A stretch of 63,871 nucleotides of DNA, counting the filler, from Octopus bimaculoides (Eukaryota): assembly GCF_001194135.2 (NCBI RefSeq). It is 5 parts of 5 records of this genome, joined end to end, with 100 filler letters (N's around TTAATTAATTAA, not from the genome) between each part and the next. Parts side by side here need not be neighbours in the genome. Positions count along the whole stretch, not along the records: positions 38,762 to 52,890 come from NC_068987.1; positions 52,991 to 61,566 come from NC_068996.1; 3 more parts are not named here. One strand, given 5' to 3'. The notes beneath the pieces are model-generated. The model saw only the letters and a program-made list of their open reading frames with translations. It made no database searches and had not been told where the DNA came from. This document shows, piece after piece, positions 49,545-61,199 of the stretch (the stretch's first letter is position 1; the number at the start of each line of letters is the position of its first letter). The translations under genes were made by a program, and so were the position numbers.

Positions 49545-51240
49545 ATATACACACGATAGGTTAGACTGTTGGAAAAGAAAAATCCTAACATCGGGCTACA
49601 ACAAGTAACTTTAGATGCCAAGAACCCTCCTAGCTGTCCCTAATAACACTGTTTTCCGGAGCTGTACTAAACTGGGTTTTATGCCTATATCCTCTATGCA
49701 TCTGTTCAGATTTTTAAGGATAGTTCCCAGTGCACCTAGAACTACTGGGATACATTTTACCTGCACTTTTCATAGTCTCTGTAATTCAATGGCTAGGTCC
49801 TGGTACTTCGCTATTTTTTCTATATGTCTCATATTAATTTTTTCATCATTTTGGGACTGTAAAGTCAAATATATGGCACTTTCTGTTCTCGTTATCTACT
49901 ACTACCAAATCAGGCCTTCTAGCTTCTACTACTCTGTCAGATTGAATGTCCCACAACATCTTGTATTCCTTACTTTCTAGTTCTTTACTAGGTTCATGTT
50001 CATGCCACTTATTAGTATGTTCAAATCTTAGCTATCTACATAACTCCCAGTGGATTACCCTCCCTAAGTTGTCATGTCTTTTCTTGTATTCTTTCTGTGC
50101 CAGCATGCTACATTCACTTACTATATGAGTAACCATTTCCTCTTTTGATTTGCATAAACTATGTTGGCTATATTGGGAGTCTACTTGGTTTTTGTCTATT
50201 TTGATCTTTATCCAATTAGTCCCTAATGCTTGATCTTGGGCTATTAACAAACTTTGTCTCCCTTTTCAGTTTTCCTTTCTGCAACCATAGCCATGTCTCA
50301 TAACAATTATTTGCAGCAACTATCTCTGAGAATCTATCACCCAATGTTTTCTCCTGTCAGATAATTTCTGTTCTTTTTTCTGGTTTTTAACTTCGTTTGG
50401 GTTTTTGGTTTTCCTATATCTTGCTTGACTCTAGCAGCTTTTAATAAACTTTCTTCACTATTACCTACACAGGAATCTATATCTACTCTAGCTACACGCA
50501 GTCTTATACTGATATTAACCCTCTTCCGCCTGCCTTTCTAGGTAAGTATAATCTTGCTACTCTTGCCCTTGGGTGGAATACTCCATTCATATTGAATTCC
50601 TTCCTAGTTCTTCTGTCTAGCTGTGATAATTCAGTTTTTGTCCAATGTACAAAAGCTGCTGAGTGATGATACTGCCCAAGTATTCACAGCCTCTACTAGA
50701 TTCGGACCATTTAGCTTTGACTTCATTAGCTTTCTCACCCTCTGATGTACTCCTTCTCAATTTTTGTTTTCATTTCTGTAGTTAGTACTCAGTCAGATTC
50801 TAATACTCCTAGATACTTATAACTCTCTCCTCCTTTCAATGATTTTAATGTGTGGCCATCTGGTAATTGGATGCCTTCGCTGTTGACTACCTGTCCCCTT
50901 TTCATGACTAATATTGCACACTTATCTATGCCAAATTCCATGCCTATATCTTTGCTGAAGAAGCTTACAGTCTGTATTAAGGAATCTATCTCTTTTTCAT
51001 TTTTACTAAAAAGCTTCAGATCATCCATATAGAGCAAATGGTTAGTTTTTTCCCTTACTATTTCTGAACTGATACCCTGCTTTTGCCTTCCTTGATACTA
51101 AACTGAGGGGGATCAAACATAAGACAAACATTAAATTCCTCTTTTGATATTAAATTTCCTTACGAGTGTGTCACCTGAGTAGAGATCTACTTTTCATTTC
51201 TTCATGCTAAAGCTAGTTAATTCTCTTATGTTGTCTGCTG
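49545..51240 (-). mobile_element. R4/Dong-type LINE, multiply deleted (RT + zinc knuckle + RLE)
   Basis: LLYMDDLKLFSKN...FGIDKC...YKYLG (RT), AQDQALGTN...THIVSECSMLAQKEYKKRHD, EKIAKYQDL and LLGTARRVL; AAT-rich tail at about 49526-49545. Confidence 0.9.
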
Positions 51241-52250
51241 TACTGAATATACTCAGACATAGTATTGTTCTAGTGAATGTTTCAGAAAACAAGAAAATTA
51301 TAAGTTTGCTTTAAAATTTGAGATTACATAGACAGTATTTTACGTAGGATATGAGCAGTTCCCGTGAGCACTATCTTTTGAATTTCTGCCATTTTGGGGT
51401 TTCCTGGTATCTGAGCTAGGTAGGAATCAGCTCCCTTTGNNNNNNNNNNNNNNNNNNNNNNNNNNNNNNNNNNNNNNNNNNNNNNNNNNNNNNNNNNNNN
51501 NNNNNNNNNNNNNNNNNNNNNNNNNNNNNNNNNNNNNNNNNNNNNNNNNNNNNNNNNNNNNNNNNNNNNNNNNNNNNNNNNNNNNNNNNNNNNNNNNNNN
51601 NNNNNNNNNNNNNNNNNNNNNNNNNNNNNNNNNNNNNNNNNNNNNNNNNNNNNNNNNNNNNNNNNNNNNNNNNNNNNNNNNNNNNNNNNNNNNNNNNNNN
51701 NNNNNNNNNNNNNNNNNNNNNNNNNNNNNNNNNNNNNNNNNNNNNNNNNNNNNNNNNNNNNNNNNNNNNNNNNNNNNNNNNNNNNNNNNNNNNNNNNNNN
51801 NNNNNNNNNNNNNNNNNNNNNNNNNNNNNNNNNNNNNNNNNNNNNNNNNNNNNNNNNNNNNNNNNNNNNNNNNNNNNNNNNNNNNNNNNNNNNNNNNNNN
51901 NNNNNNNNCTACTTCCATTCTTTAATACGTTGGCCTGGTAGCTCCTTGTAGGTAGGCATTGATCTTGGGCTGCTATGATAAACCCTTCTGCCTCTGATTT
52001 TAAGCCAGAAGACACTAACCATTGATGGGTAAGGGCTTTGTCAACATCGGCATTATTAGCTCTCTTTGGGTATTTACCATTGAAAGGGTTTTCCTGCCAT
52101 TTATCAGTAAGAATATCTAAGGCAGCAGTTTCAGCACGGGTTTTCATACGCTTAGCTTTTTCTGTGCTTGTTTCCATTACGTCTGATTCTGGGATTTGTT
52201 GTATTTGGAATTCACTTAGATATTCCTTTGCCTGTTTTGTTACTGAGCAT

Positions 52251-52508
52251 ATGACGAAGTGGTTAAGAGTGCGGGCTATTAACCCCAATATTCCGAGTTT
52301 GATTCCAGGCAGTGACCTGGATAATAACTAAAACATCGAAAAGTACCTTAGGAATGAGAACCAAGCTTCGAAATCACAAGACACCTGATGAAGGCTGGAG
52401 GGTATATCAGCCGAAACGTTGTGTATGCAACAAACAAGATGAGGACAAATATCCGTCAACATAATGTAAATAATGTACATAATTCCTCATCTCTTAAATA
52501 TAGAACTG
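52251..52508 (+). mobile_element. tRNA-headed SINE carrying a hammerhead ribozyme
   Basis: A-box TGACGAAGTGG (52252-52262), anticodon-like arm GGG-CTATTAA-CCC, B-box-like GAGTTTGATTCC (52295-52306), hammerhead at 52381-52424, 3' 9-bp hairpin AGATGAGGA/TCCTCATCT (52437-52445, 52484-52492). Confidence 0.75.
52381..52424 (+). ncRNA. Minimal type-I hammerhead ribozyme motif (intact core)
   Basis: ACAC-CTGATGA-A-GGCTG-GAGGGTATAT-CAGCC-GAAACGT-T-GTGT: 4-bp stem I, 5-bp stem II, palindromic ACGT stem III, GUU triplet. Confidence 0.8.
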
Positions 52509-52595
52509 TTTAATAATGATGCTTTCTTGTTTGATATTCCTTTTCGTTTTGTTACTGAGTATGATGTTTTCTTGTTTTTATTATTATTATTATTA

Positions 52596-52890
52596 TTCAG
52601 TAGTTTTATTTTTATAACGTGCTTTCACTTCACTACCGAGCGCAGCTCTATGCGCCTTGGGTATGTGCTGTGGTTTGCTGTGGTGCTCTTATGTTTACTG
52701 TATTGAAAGTGTTTTGCGTAGGATGTGTGCAGTACCCAGTAGTGCAATTTTCTGTATGTTATATATATTTGTAAGTCCTGCTATTTTTGTTATGTATTTG
52801 TCTGAATATTTTTTTATTATACCTAAGGCACCTACTATGATAGGAATTGTTTCTGTTTTTAGATTCCACATTCGAGTTATCTCTATTTCC
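52596..52890 (-). mobile_element. R4/Dong-type LINE 3' end (same subfamily as 16385-17165)
   Basis: ATTCAGTAGT...ACGTGCTTTCACT...CCTACTATGATAGGAATTGTTTCTGTTTTTAGATTCCACATTCGAG is nearly identical to 16381-16670; ends at (AAT)n. Confidence 0.85.
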
Positions 52891-52990
52891 NNNNNNNNNN
52901 NNNNNNNNNNNNNNNNNNNNNNNNNNNNNNNNNNTTAATTAATTAANNNNNNNNNNNNNNNNNNNNNNNNNNNNNNNNNNNNNNNNNNNN

Positions 52991-53065
<75 letters not shown>

Positions 53066-53261
53066 ATAGCCTATATATGTATGTGTATGTAGGAATATAT
53101 GTATGTGTGCATGTACATATGTATATGTGTATGTATGAATATATGTGTCGATATGTTTGTATGTATGTATTCAGACGTGGAGCCGTTTGCCTTTGTAAAT
53201 GAAAAGCATAACTACATCGACCCAGTATTGCGGGACAAACTCGCCATGTGGTACAGCTCAA

Positions 53262-54490
53262 ACTAGCGCGTGAACGGCCCTAACAACATTCGCTCCTCCA
53301 AAGTGAATCAGCTCAACAGGTATTGCATCCACACCTCGAGCTTTTCCTATGTTTATCTTTTTGATAGTAGACCTTATCTCATCAATGGTTGGATCATCCA
53401 TTATGTCTGTCATAATCTCCTTTTGCGATAATTCATTAATAATTACATAATCGGCTACAGATGGGTTATAAAACAGATCGTTAAAATGTTCAGTCTTCCA
53501 TGAATTCTGGATTTTTTTATGAGGGCATGCCCATCTTTTATACCAAGTAAAACATTTGGCACTGTTCACAGAGGGTTCATTTACGTTGCCGATGTAGATT
53601 TTATGGCTCATTCATCTAAGGACATACACATGATATTGCATATGTTCCAAATATTAGCCTTAAAAAGACAAAGGTCATGCACACTCCACCAGTTGAGAAA
53701 GCGAATATAGAGCTTGGCATATTCATGGAAGAAAAAAATCTTGAGTGATGGACAGCTTTGTGTATCCTGGAGGTATCTTCTTTGGGAAAGTATCATTGAC
53801 ATGAATTGTGAATGGCGGGTAGATGGTGATGGGGGTTAGTAGTTGAATAAATAAAGGAAGGAAGACATGGGAAGAATTCTTTAAAACAGAATCTGAGAAC
53901 ATTAGGTTTGAAAAATATGCTTGTACTGTAATGGCACGTATTGAAGAGCCTAAGGCTCTTGCCTGGAGAAAGATTAAAATTATATTAATGATCATTATAA
54001 TAGTGGTGACAGTGATGAGGGAGATGGTGAAAATAGTGACAAAAGTGACATTGATGATGACAGAGATGATATTGATTAAAAAAGAGACATTGTACTCTTG
54101 TCGCTATGATAAATCACAGGATTGCGAATGTTAGTGCTACTTACGGAGAAACTCGTAAAGCGAGTGTGGTCTGATCGAAATACCACCAAAGACACGAAAC
54201 TCGCTGCACATCCCTGCTGAACGCTGCAGAGCGTGAACAGTTTACAGGCATCATATCAAATAGGTGGCATTGCATTGCATCCGGAGCATCCTGAACATAA
54301 TAAGGTGGTCCTCTTACGCACCTTTTATTGTTGCACCTGACTACATTGTCAGCGAAAATCTGGCTGGAATTGAAAGACAATGTGTGTGGACGATCTCTCC
54401 TGTCAAGATCTGGGTTTATCAACCATCTAAAGTCACATGTACTAGAGAGAAATCGAGATACTTGTGAGATGAACCTACCGCCGCGCACAC
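53262..54490. mobile_element. RTE-clade LINE with an inverted 5' segment
   Basis: Minus 53262-53520: EHFNDLFYNPS...PTIDEIRSTIKKINIGKARGVDAIPVEL. Plus 53547-54490: KTFGTVHR, YVADVDFMAHS, CIRSILNI and NVCGRSLLSRSGFINHLKSH. Confidence 0.75.
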
Positions 54491-54899
54491 TTTCCAATAT
54501 TCTATGTGGACCAGAGCATTTCAAACGAACTGACAGGGAAAAGCCTATCTGAAAATGAAAGTAAATTGTGGACGTTTTACTTTCAAGTCAAATACAGCTA
54601 TTTCTTGTTACAAAAAAACATTCATTTTCCGTAGTGGTTTTGTTCTCAATAACGTTTGACTCATGTGATCTGATATAAACAATGTAACGCCAAGACCCTA
54701 CTCCTTTACCAAATTAAGGCTTTTTTAATATTTTATAGTCCAGCATGGCATTTTCTTGATGAAGAAAAAATTATATCAGCTAAATAAAGCTGTATATGAT
54801 AGCATGAACTGTTTCCTTTTCCCTAGTTCAGTTTAAATAAGTATATGTATGTATGTGTGTGTGTGCGATCGCGCGCGCATGTGTATATATAATTAAATG

Positions 54900-55015
54900 C
54901 AGTCCTGGTGTCTATACACATAAAGACAAGTCCTGGGGTCGATTTGTTCGACTAAAACACTACAAGGTGGTGTTCCAACATGGCCGCAGTCAAATGACTG
55001 AAAAGACTAACAATA
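54900..55015 (+). mobile_element. SINE family B tail fragment
   Basis: AAGTCCTGGGGTCGATTTGTTCGACTAAAA...GGTGTTCCAACATGGCCGCAGTCAAATGACTGAAA. Confidence 0.75.
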
Positions 55016-55044
55016 AAAAAAATATATACACATACATACACTTT

Positions 55045-55092
<48 letters not shown>

Positions 55093-55385
55093 AGTGTTTG
55101 TATCAATGCATATATATGTAAGTGTGTGTATACATGCATATATATATATATATTTATANNNNNNNNNNNNNNNNNNNNNNNNNNNNNNNNNNNNNNNNNN
55201 NNNNNNNNNNNNNNNNNNNNNNNNNNNNNNNNNNNNNNNNNNNNNNNNNNNNNNNNNNNNNNNNNNNNNNNNNNNNNNNNNNNNNNATATATATATATAT
55301 ATATACTTACATACATATCTATACAAACATATATGTATATATATATATATGCATATGCGTGTTTACACGTACATATCTAGTTACC

Positions 55386-55417
<32 letters not shown>

Positions 55418-56599
55418 TGTATGTGTGTGTGTGTGAGTATAACATACATATGCAAGCACACACACATATATGTAATAATAAATATAGAAGCATCGCCTAC
55501 ATTGTTATAGGCGTACATCATTTTATGCTGGTCCCTGTTGTTGTTAGCATTTGGTGATTTCTGGTAGTGCTGGCGCCGGTCTCTTGTTGGTGGCCGTGTT
55601 ACAACTGTTGTTCATAACACTGCTGTTGCTACTTCTGCTTTTCAACGATGAAAAACAGAGCAGTATTTTGCAACAGTCAGTATTGTTGTTTCTAAAAACA
55701 ATACTGCAGGAAGAATGACTACTGCCAAAACAGTGTATGATGCTCGTTATAAAAACATTTCTTACATTGCAAAACTTTCGTTCTGGAATTGAATTGTATG
55801 TAAGTGAATATAAGTAAATAGATTGACGTTTTCTATGTATATAAACATTGGAAAGGGTGTAAAACTAACGTACTACCAACAGGGTCGCCTTAAAGCATGG
55901 GGTACCCTGGGTACTTGCTTAGGGACCTAGCGGGCTTAGGTGCCCAATTCTGATGTAAGTATATAGGTATCTTGCTGTCCTGACATAAAAAGAATATGGC
56001 CCAGTGTATATGGCCCTGTACTATGTACTGGACCTTCATATCGTGACTAGATGTGCTAGATATAACAGACAAATATCCTTCGCATTACATTGGGAAAAAA
56101 TATACACATAAATAAATTGAATGCAGTTCCTAATTCGTAGAAACTAATACAAAATAAGTGTAAATGTCCATGGCTAGAACGACTTTGATCCTGTGTTGTT
56201 CTATCAAATAAAGCTGGTGTTAAAACAACAGCAGCGACAACTTCAAGAGGAAGGTAACACCTAAGACTAGTTACACAATGACAAGGTTTATATTTACGTG
56301 TACGGTGTGAGTGTGTCTGAGAGACAGAGAGGAAGGGCGAGAGATGGGGAGAGGTGATATGCACGCATGCGTGTGTGTGTTTGTGTGTGTGTGCGTGCGT
56401 GTGTTGATCTTATTTTGCTATTGGTGTTGTTGTTTTTTCGCAAGTCATAACTGGTTATTTAAATATTATGACCAATATTCTTTTCTAGCCTTCATTATAC
56501 AACCCACGCCTGAGATATGCCCCCATTTCCTCTAATTCTCTCTCTCTTTCTTCCCCTCTTCTGCCCTTTCTTTCTCTCTCTCTCTCTTCTTTACCTACC

Positions 56600-56950
56600 C
56601 TCTCTCTCGAAATTTTTTTAACGATAGGAGCGTTAAATTTTAAGACTTATTTCTTATAGGCTGGGCACCCGCTCAGGAGGTCTACCGTTAGATTCTCTCT
56701 GCTTGATCTATGTGTATCAATAATTTTTGCAAATGTGCCAACACATCACGAGTCGGTTTGTATGATTGTAAAATCACTCTTACGTACACTTGTCCGATGT
56801 TACACAAGACTGCGGGTAGGTTTGTGACGCTTAAAGTTGTAAATGTCTTTGTGCCTCGTTCTCCGTATAAAAAGATTAACAAGCATTTCATCACCATTGC
56901 CATAATCGGTGAAACATACATCTTACTAAACATATTCAACAGCGGATTAA
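56600..56950 (-). mobile_element. Possible CR1-type LINE C-terminal fragment
   Basis: VYVRVILQSY...HIDQAERI loosely resembles the CR1 'LVRPILEY...DIDKLERVQR' region. Confidence 0.3.
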
Positions 56951-57067
56951 AAATTTTCTTTCTTCAGCATATGGAAGCACTCTCTATTCTGTAAAAACAG
57001 AATTATATTTTCTGGATTTTACCCTTCACTGGATAAGTTAATAAATAAAGAAACAATCTGTTATAAA

Positions 57068-57133
57068 ATTTCTTGAAAGTTTTCTCGTTTCCCTTAAGCA
57101 ATTAAGGGAAACAAGAAAGAACTTTCAAGAAAT
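57068..57133. repeat. Near-perfect foldback inverted repeat
   Basis: Arms 57068-57097 and 57102-57133 (30 and 32 nt; one mismatch and a 2-nt bulge), loop GCAA. Confidence 0.85.
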
Positions 57134-57134
57134 A

Positions 57135-57390
57135 GCCGGCATATATTCATGTGTGCCTAGGCCATTTCAGGCGTGGGTACTGGCCACTGATGTAGGATAT
57201 CGTCTCGGCTGCAAAGGCTACATCGATTATCACATTTTTCTATTTTTCCTGCGTTTCCGTTTCTTTTGCGCACCAGGTATTTCGTTAATAATTCTTGTTC
57301 CTGGATTGCAAACGCATACCCTTCACGGTGGCAGGCAGAAATCCAGTTGTTGGTCCATGATAGACTGCTTTGATTATTAATGTTAGTATC
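57135..57390 (-). mobile_element. R4/Dong-type LINE fragment
   Basis: EGYAFAIQEQELLTKYL...CDNRCSLC (pre-zinc-knuckle motif). Confidence 0.7.
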
Positions 57391-57459
57391 ATGCCGGAGC
57401 TTTTTGCTAACATATTCATGCACGGTCTATGTGTGTATGTATGTATGTGTGTATGTATC

Positions 57460-57495
<36 letters not shown>

Positions 57496-57589
57496 TGTAT
57501 GCAAGCATGTATGTGTGTGGAAGGTGATGCGTAAAATGTGCGTTGAATTACTGTTTACGGGCGAGATGATTAATAACCAAGTTAAAATA

Positions 57590-57720
57590 GGAGTGGGCTT
57601 TCACACAGTTTCCGTCAATCAAATTCTCTCACAAAGCATTACTTAGCTCGACCTATAGGAGAAGACACTTGCCAAAGGTCAATGGGATTGAACTCCAAGC
57701 CACATGGTTGCGAAGCTAAC
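57590..57720 (-). mobile_element. SINE family B head fragment
   Basis: GAAGACACTTGCCAAAGG...GGGATTGAAC...CCACATGGTTGCGAAGC, the reverse complement of the family B head. Confidence 0.65.
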
Positions 57721-58378
57721 TTCGGGGACAACAGATAAATTTACTGGAAAATAAAATTTATCCTTTATTCCAAATAATAGAGTAGATGCTTTGATACATG
57801 GAGATGAAAAATAAGAAAAATGAATTGATGCAGAAAATATTATATATATTAATTAGTAAAATGGTAATCCGGGAAGAAATATATTTTCTACGTGAAGTTC
57901 TGTGAAAAGGGGACTGTTAACTACCTCCACTACCAAAAAAACGTGTGGTGATGACGATGACAACAAGAAAAACGATGATAAAACAAAACAACTGCAACGA
58001 CAATGTTAAAGAGCATGTGTTTAAAATTGCTTAATCGGATGCCGCGCTTCAACTTGGCATGAACTTGATAAAAGATATTTATATATACATGAATACACTG
58101 ACACGCAATCGCGGATAGATAGATAGAAGGATGGATAGATAGATAGATAGATAGATAGATAGANNNNNNNNNNNNNNNNNNNNNNNNNNNNNNNNNNNNN
58201 NNNNNNNNNNNNNNNNNNNNNNNNNNNNNNNNNNNNNNNNNNNNNNNNNNNNNNNNNNNNNNNACACATACGTATATACAAAAATACAGAGACGTACATA
58301 TATATATGCATTACATGCACATACATGCACGAACAAATATATGAATTAATATATTAAAATACACTCACATGCAACTAC

Positions 58379-58416
<38 letters not shown>

Positions 58417-58425
58417 TACACACAC

Positions 58426-58463
<38 letters not shown>

Positions 58464-58548
58464 ATATATGTACATACATACGTACATACATACGTCCACA
58501 GTCACACAGAACGATAGATATAAATACGTGCAAAGGTACATATGTTTG

Positions 58549-58591
<43 letters not shown>

Positions 58592-59440
58592 NNNNNNNNN
58601 NNNNNNNNNNNNNNNNNNNNNNNNNNNNNNNNNNNNNNNNNNNNNNNNNNNNNNNNNNNNNNNNNNNNNNNNNNNNNNNNNNNNNNNNNNNNNNNNNNNN
58701 NNNNNNNNNNNNNNNNNNNNNNNNNNNNNNNNNNNNNNNNNNNNNNNNNNNNNNNNNNNNNNNNNNNNNNNNNNNNNNNNNNNNNNNNNNNNNNNNNNNN
58801 NNNNNNNNNNNNNNNNNNNNNNNNNNNNNNNNNNNNNNNNNNNNNNNNNNNNNNNNNNNNNNNNNNNNNNNNNNNNNNNNNNNNNNNNNNNNNNNNNNNN
58901 NNNNNNNNNNNNNNNNNNNNNNNNNNNNNNNNNNNNNNNNNNNNNNNNNNNNNNNNNNNNNNNNNNNNNNNNNNNNNNNNNNNNNNNNNNNNNNNNNNNN
59001 NNNNNNNNNNNNNNNNNNNNNNNNNNNNNNNNNNNNNNNNNNNNNNNNNNNNNNNNNNNNNNNNNNNNNNNNNNNNNNNNNNNNNNNNNNNNNNNNNNNN
59101 NNNNNNNNNNNNNNNNNNNNNNNNNNNNNNNNNNNNNNNNNNNNNNNNNNNNNNNNNNNNNNNNNNNNNNNNNNNNNNNNNNNNNNNNNNNNNNNNNNNN
59201 NNNNNNNNNNNNNNNNNNNNNNNNNNNNNNNNNNNNNNNNNNNNNNNNNNNNNNNNNNNNNNNNNNNNNNNNNNNNNNNNNNNNNNNNNNNNNNNNNNNN
59301 NNNNNNNNNNNNNNNNNNNNNNNNNNNNNNNNNNNNNNNNNNNNNNNNNNNNNNNNNNNNNNNNNNNNNNNNNNNNNNNNNNNNNNNNNNNNNNNNNNNN
59401 NNNNNNNNNNNNNNNNNNNNNNNNNNNNNNNNNNNNNNNN

Positions 59441-59504
<64 letters not shown>

Positions 59505-59569
59505 TGATGATGATTTCTTTATTAAACACAAGGGTTTACATTAAGAAAAACATTATGGACAATGCAAGA

Positions 59570-59997
59570 ATGGCTAACCTTAAAACACAAACCTCAATGT
59601 CGAGTGAAAATGTCTAATACAAATGCGTCAAATAATGGTGTTAATGAGGTTGGAGCCAAGAGTGAAAGCCTTTCGCCCGGCAGGTGCCCTGTAGTTGAGC
59701 AGCGCAGGCCTGTTCGTCATCCAGAGACTGCTTGTACACAAAGCCAGAGGCAGAGAAGAAGGTGGGATAAGGAGGCAAACGGAAATGTAATTGAATGCTG
59801 GATCCGAAGTGAACCAAGTAGAAGAGGATTCCGACAACGCATGAAATTAGTGTGCGCAGTAGAACTGTTACAAAAGGTTTGCCTCCTTGGCACGGCCAGA
59901 ATAACCAGGAAAGTATTAGATAGTTGAAAAGGACAGATAGCATAGTACTGTAGGCTGCAGGTAGCAAGCCTGCTACGCATGCAAGACACCAGGAGTT
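59570..59997 (+). mobile_element. Internally deleted R4/Dong-type element (N-terminus fused to C-terminus)
   Basis: ORF 59610-59927: RRRWDKEANGNVIECWIRSEPSRRGFRQRM (R4/Dong N-terminal motif) joined in frame at about 59847 to ELLQKVCLLGTARITRKVL (extreme C-terminus). Confidence 0.7.
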
Positions 59998-60178
59998 CCA
60001 ACATCGACTAGCCCCTCCCCCCAAATCGATTACATTGACCCCAATACTCAACAAGTGCTTAACTTATCGACCCCGAAAGGATGAAAGATAAAGTCGATCT
60101 CGGCGGAATTTGAACTCAAAATATAGCGGTACACGAAATACCCCTAAAGATCTCACCCAGCATGCTAACAACTCCGCC

Positions 60179-60180
<2 letters not shown>
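59998..60180 (-). mobile_element. SINE family A
   Basis: ATCGACCCCGAAAGGATGAAAGATAAAGTCGATCTCGGCGGAATTTGAACTC is the reverse complement of the core. Confidence 0.85.
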
Positions 60181-60229
<49 letters not shown>

Positions 60230-60231
<2 letters not shown>

Positions 60232-60535
60232 AAAAGATGTGGCATCTTAAAGCGAGAACTGTTCTTGTTATTGTGGGTGCCCTAGGTATGATAAAAAAGG
60301 GATGTCAGAAACATCTAGATAATATCCCAGGAGAACCATGTCTCAGAGAAATCCAAAAGATTGTGCTGACAAGTACTGCCCACATTCTTGGAAAATGCTA
60401 TCAATTTAAACGCATGTGTTGTATTGCATGAAGATATTTCGGTACTTTCCCTGCCCAAGTTTTCAGTCATACTGTAACATCTCTTATCCTTCACTCGCCC
60501 TAGGACTTTGGGTGTGTTTTGGCGAATGATTGCAA
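60230..60535 (+). mobile_element. R4/Dong-type LINE extreme 3' fragment
   Basis: KMWHLKARTVLVIVGALGMIKK...EIQKIVLTSTAHIL directly after (AAT)n at 60179-60229. Confidence 0.8.
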
Positions 60536-60739
60536 GAAGAAGAAGAAGAAGAAGAAGAAGAAGAAGAAGAACTGCAACAATAACAACAACAGCGATGATG
60601 ATGATGCTGCTGATGATGATGAGGGGGAGGAGGAGGAGGAGAGGGAGGATGGTGATTATGTTGATGACGATGGTGGTGGTGGTGATGATAATTTTTTCTT
60701 ATTTTGCCACTAGTAATTTTTTTTAATTAAGAGTGCATC

Positions 60740-60882
60740 ACAAGTATTTTATCTTGTCAACCCCAAAGGAAATGAAAGACAAACTTCACCTCAGCGTAGT
60801 CTAAGCTCTTAGCGTAAGATGCCGGAAGAAAATAACGCTAGACATTTCTTCCGACACTCTAAAATTTTTGTCAGCTCGTCAA
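60740..60882 (-). mobile_element. Degraded SINE family A
   Basis: CAAGTATTTTATCTTGTCAACCCCAAAGGAAATGAAAGACAAAC and GTCAGCTCGTC resemble the reverse-complement core and head. Confidence 0.6.
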
Positions 60883-61199
60883 ACAACTACTGCTGCAACA
60901 ACGTCAATCCACATCACCGAATCAAATTTGCATATCATCATAGTAACAAACTGAAATATTTAATTACTGAACGTACACTTGCTCAAAGTAAAAGGCAACC
61001 ATAAAACCGAATGAAGTTTTTGACAAAGGCAATATCTGACGTAAGCGACAATGGTAAAATATTCATGATATTCAAATGCAATGACAATCGGTGCAGTAGA
61101 TGTCAGTTCATATATACCTGTCAGTATTCCAATACAAAAGCCGGACTAAAAACATTTTCCAATGCATACACGAACTGTAAAAGCAGAAGTCTGATCTCC

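Larger units (their letters stand above)
51245..52580 (-). mobile_element. Second R4/Dong-type LINE (gap-containing), interrupted by the ribozyme SINE
   Basis: HQWLVSSGLKSEAEGFIIAAQDQCLPTRSY (51910-52040); C-terminal EIQKIVLTGTAHILRKIL (about 51335-51400); 5' end abuts (TAA)n at about 52580. Confidence 0.8.
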
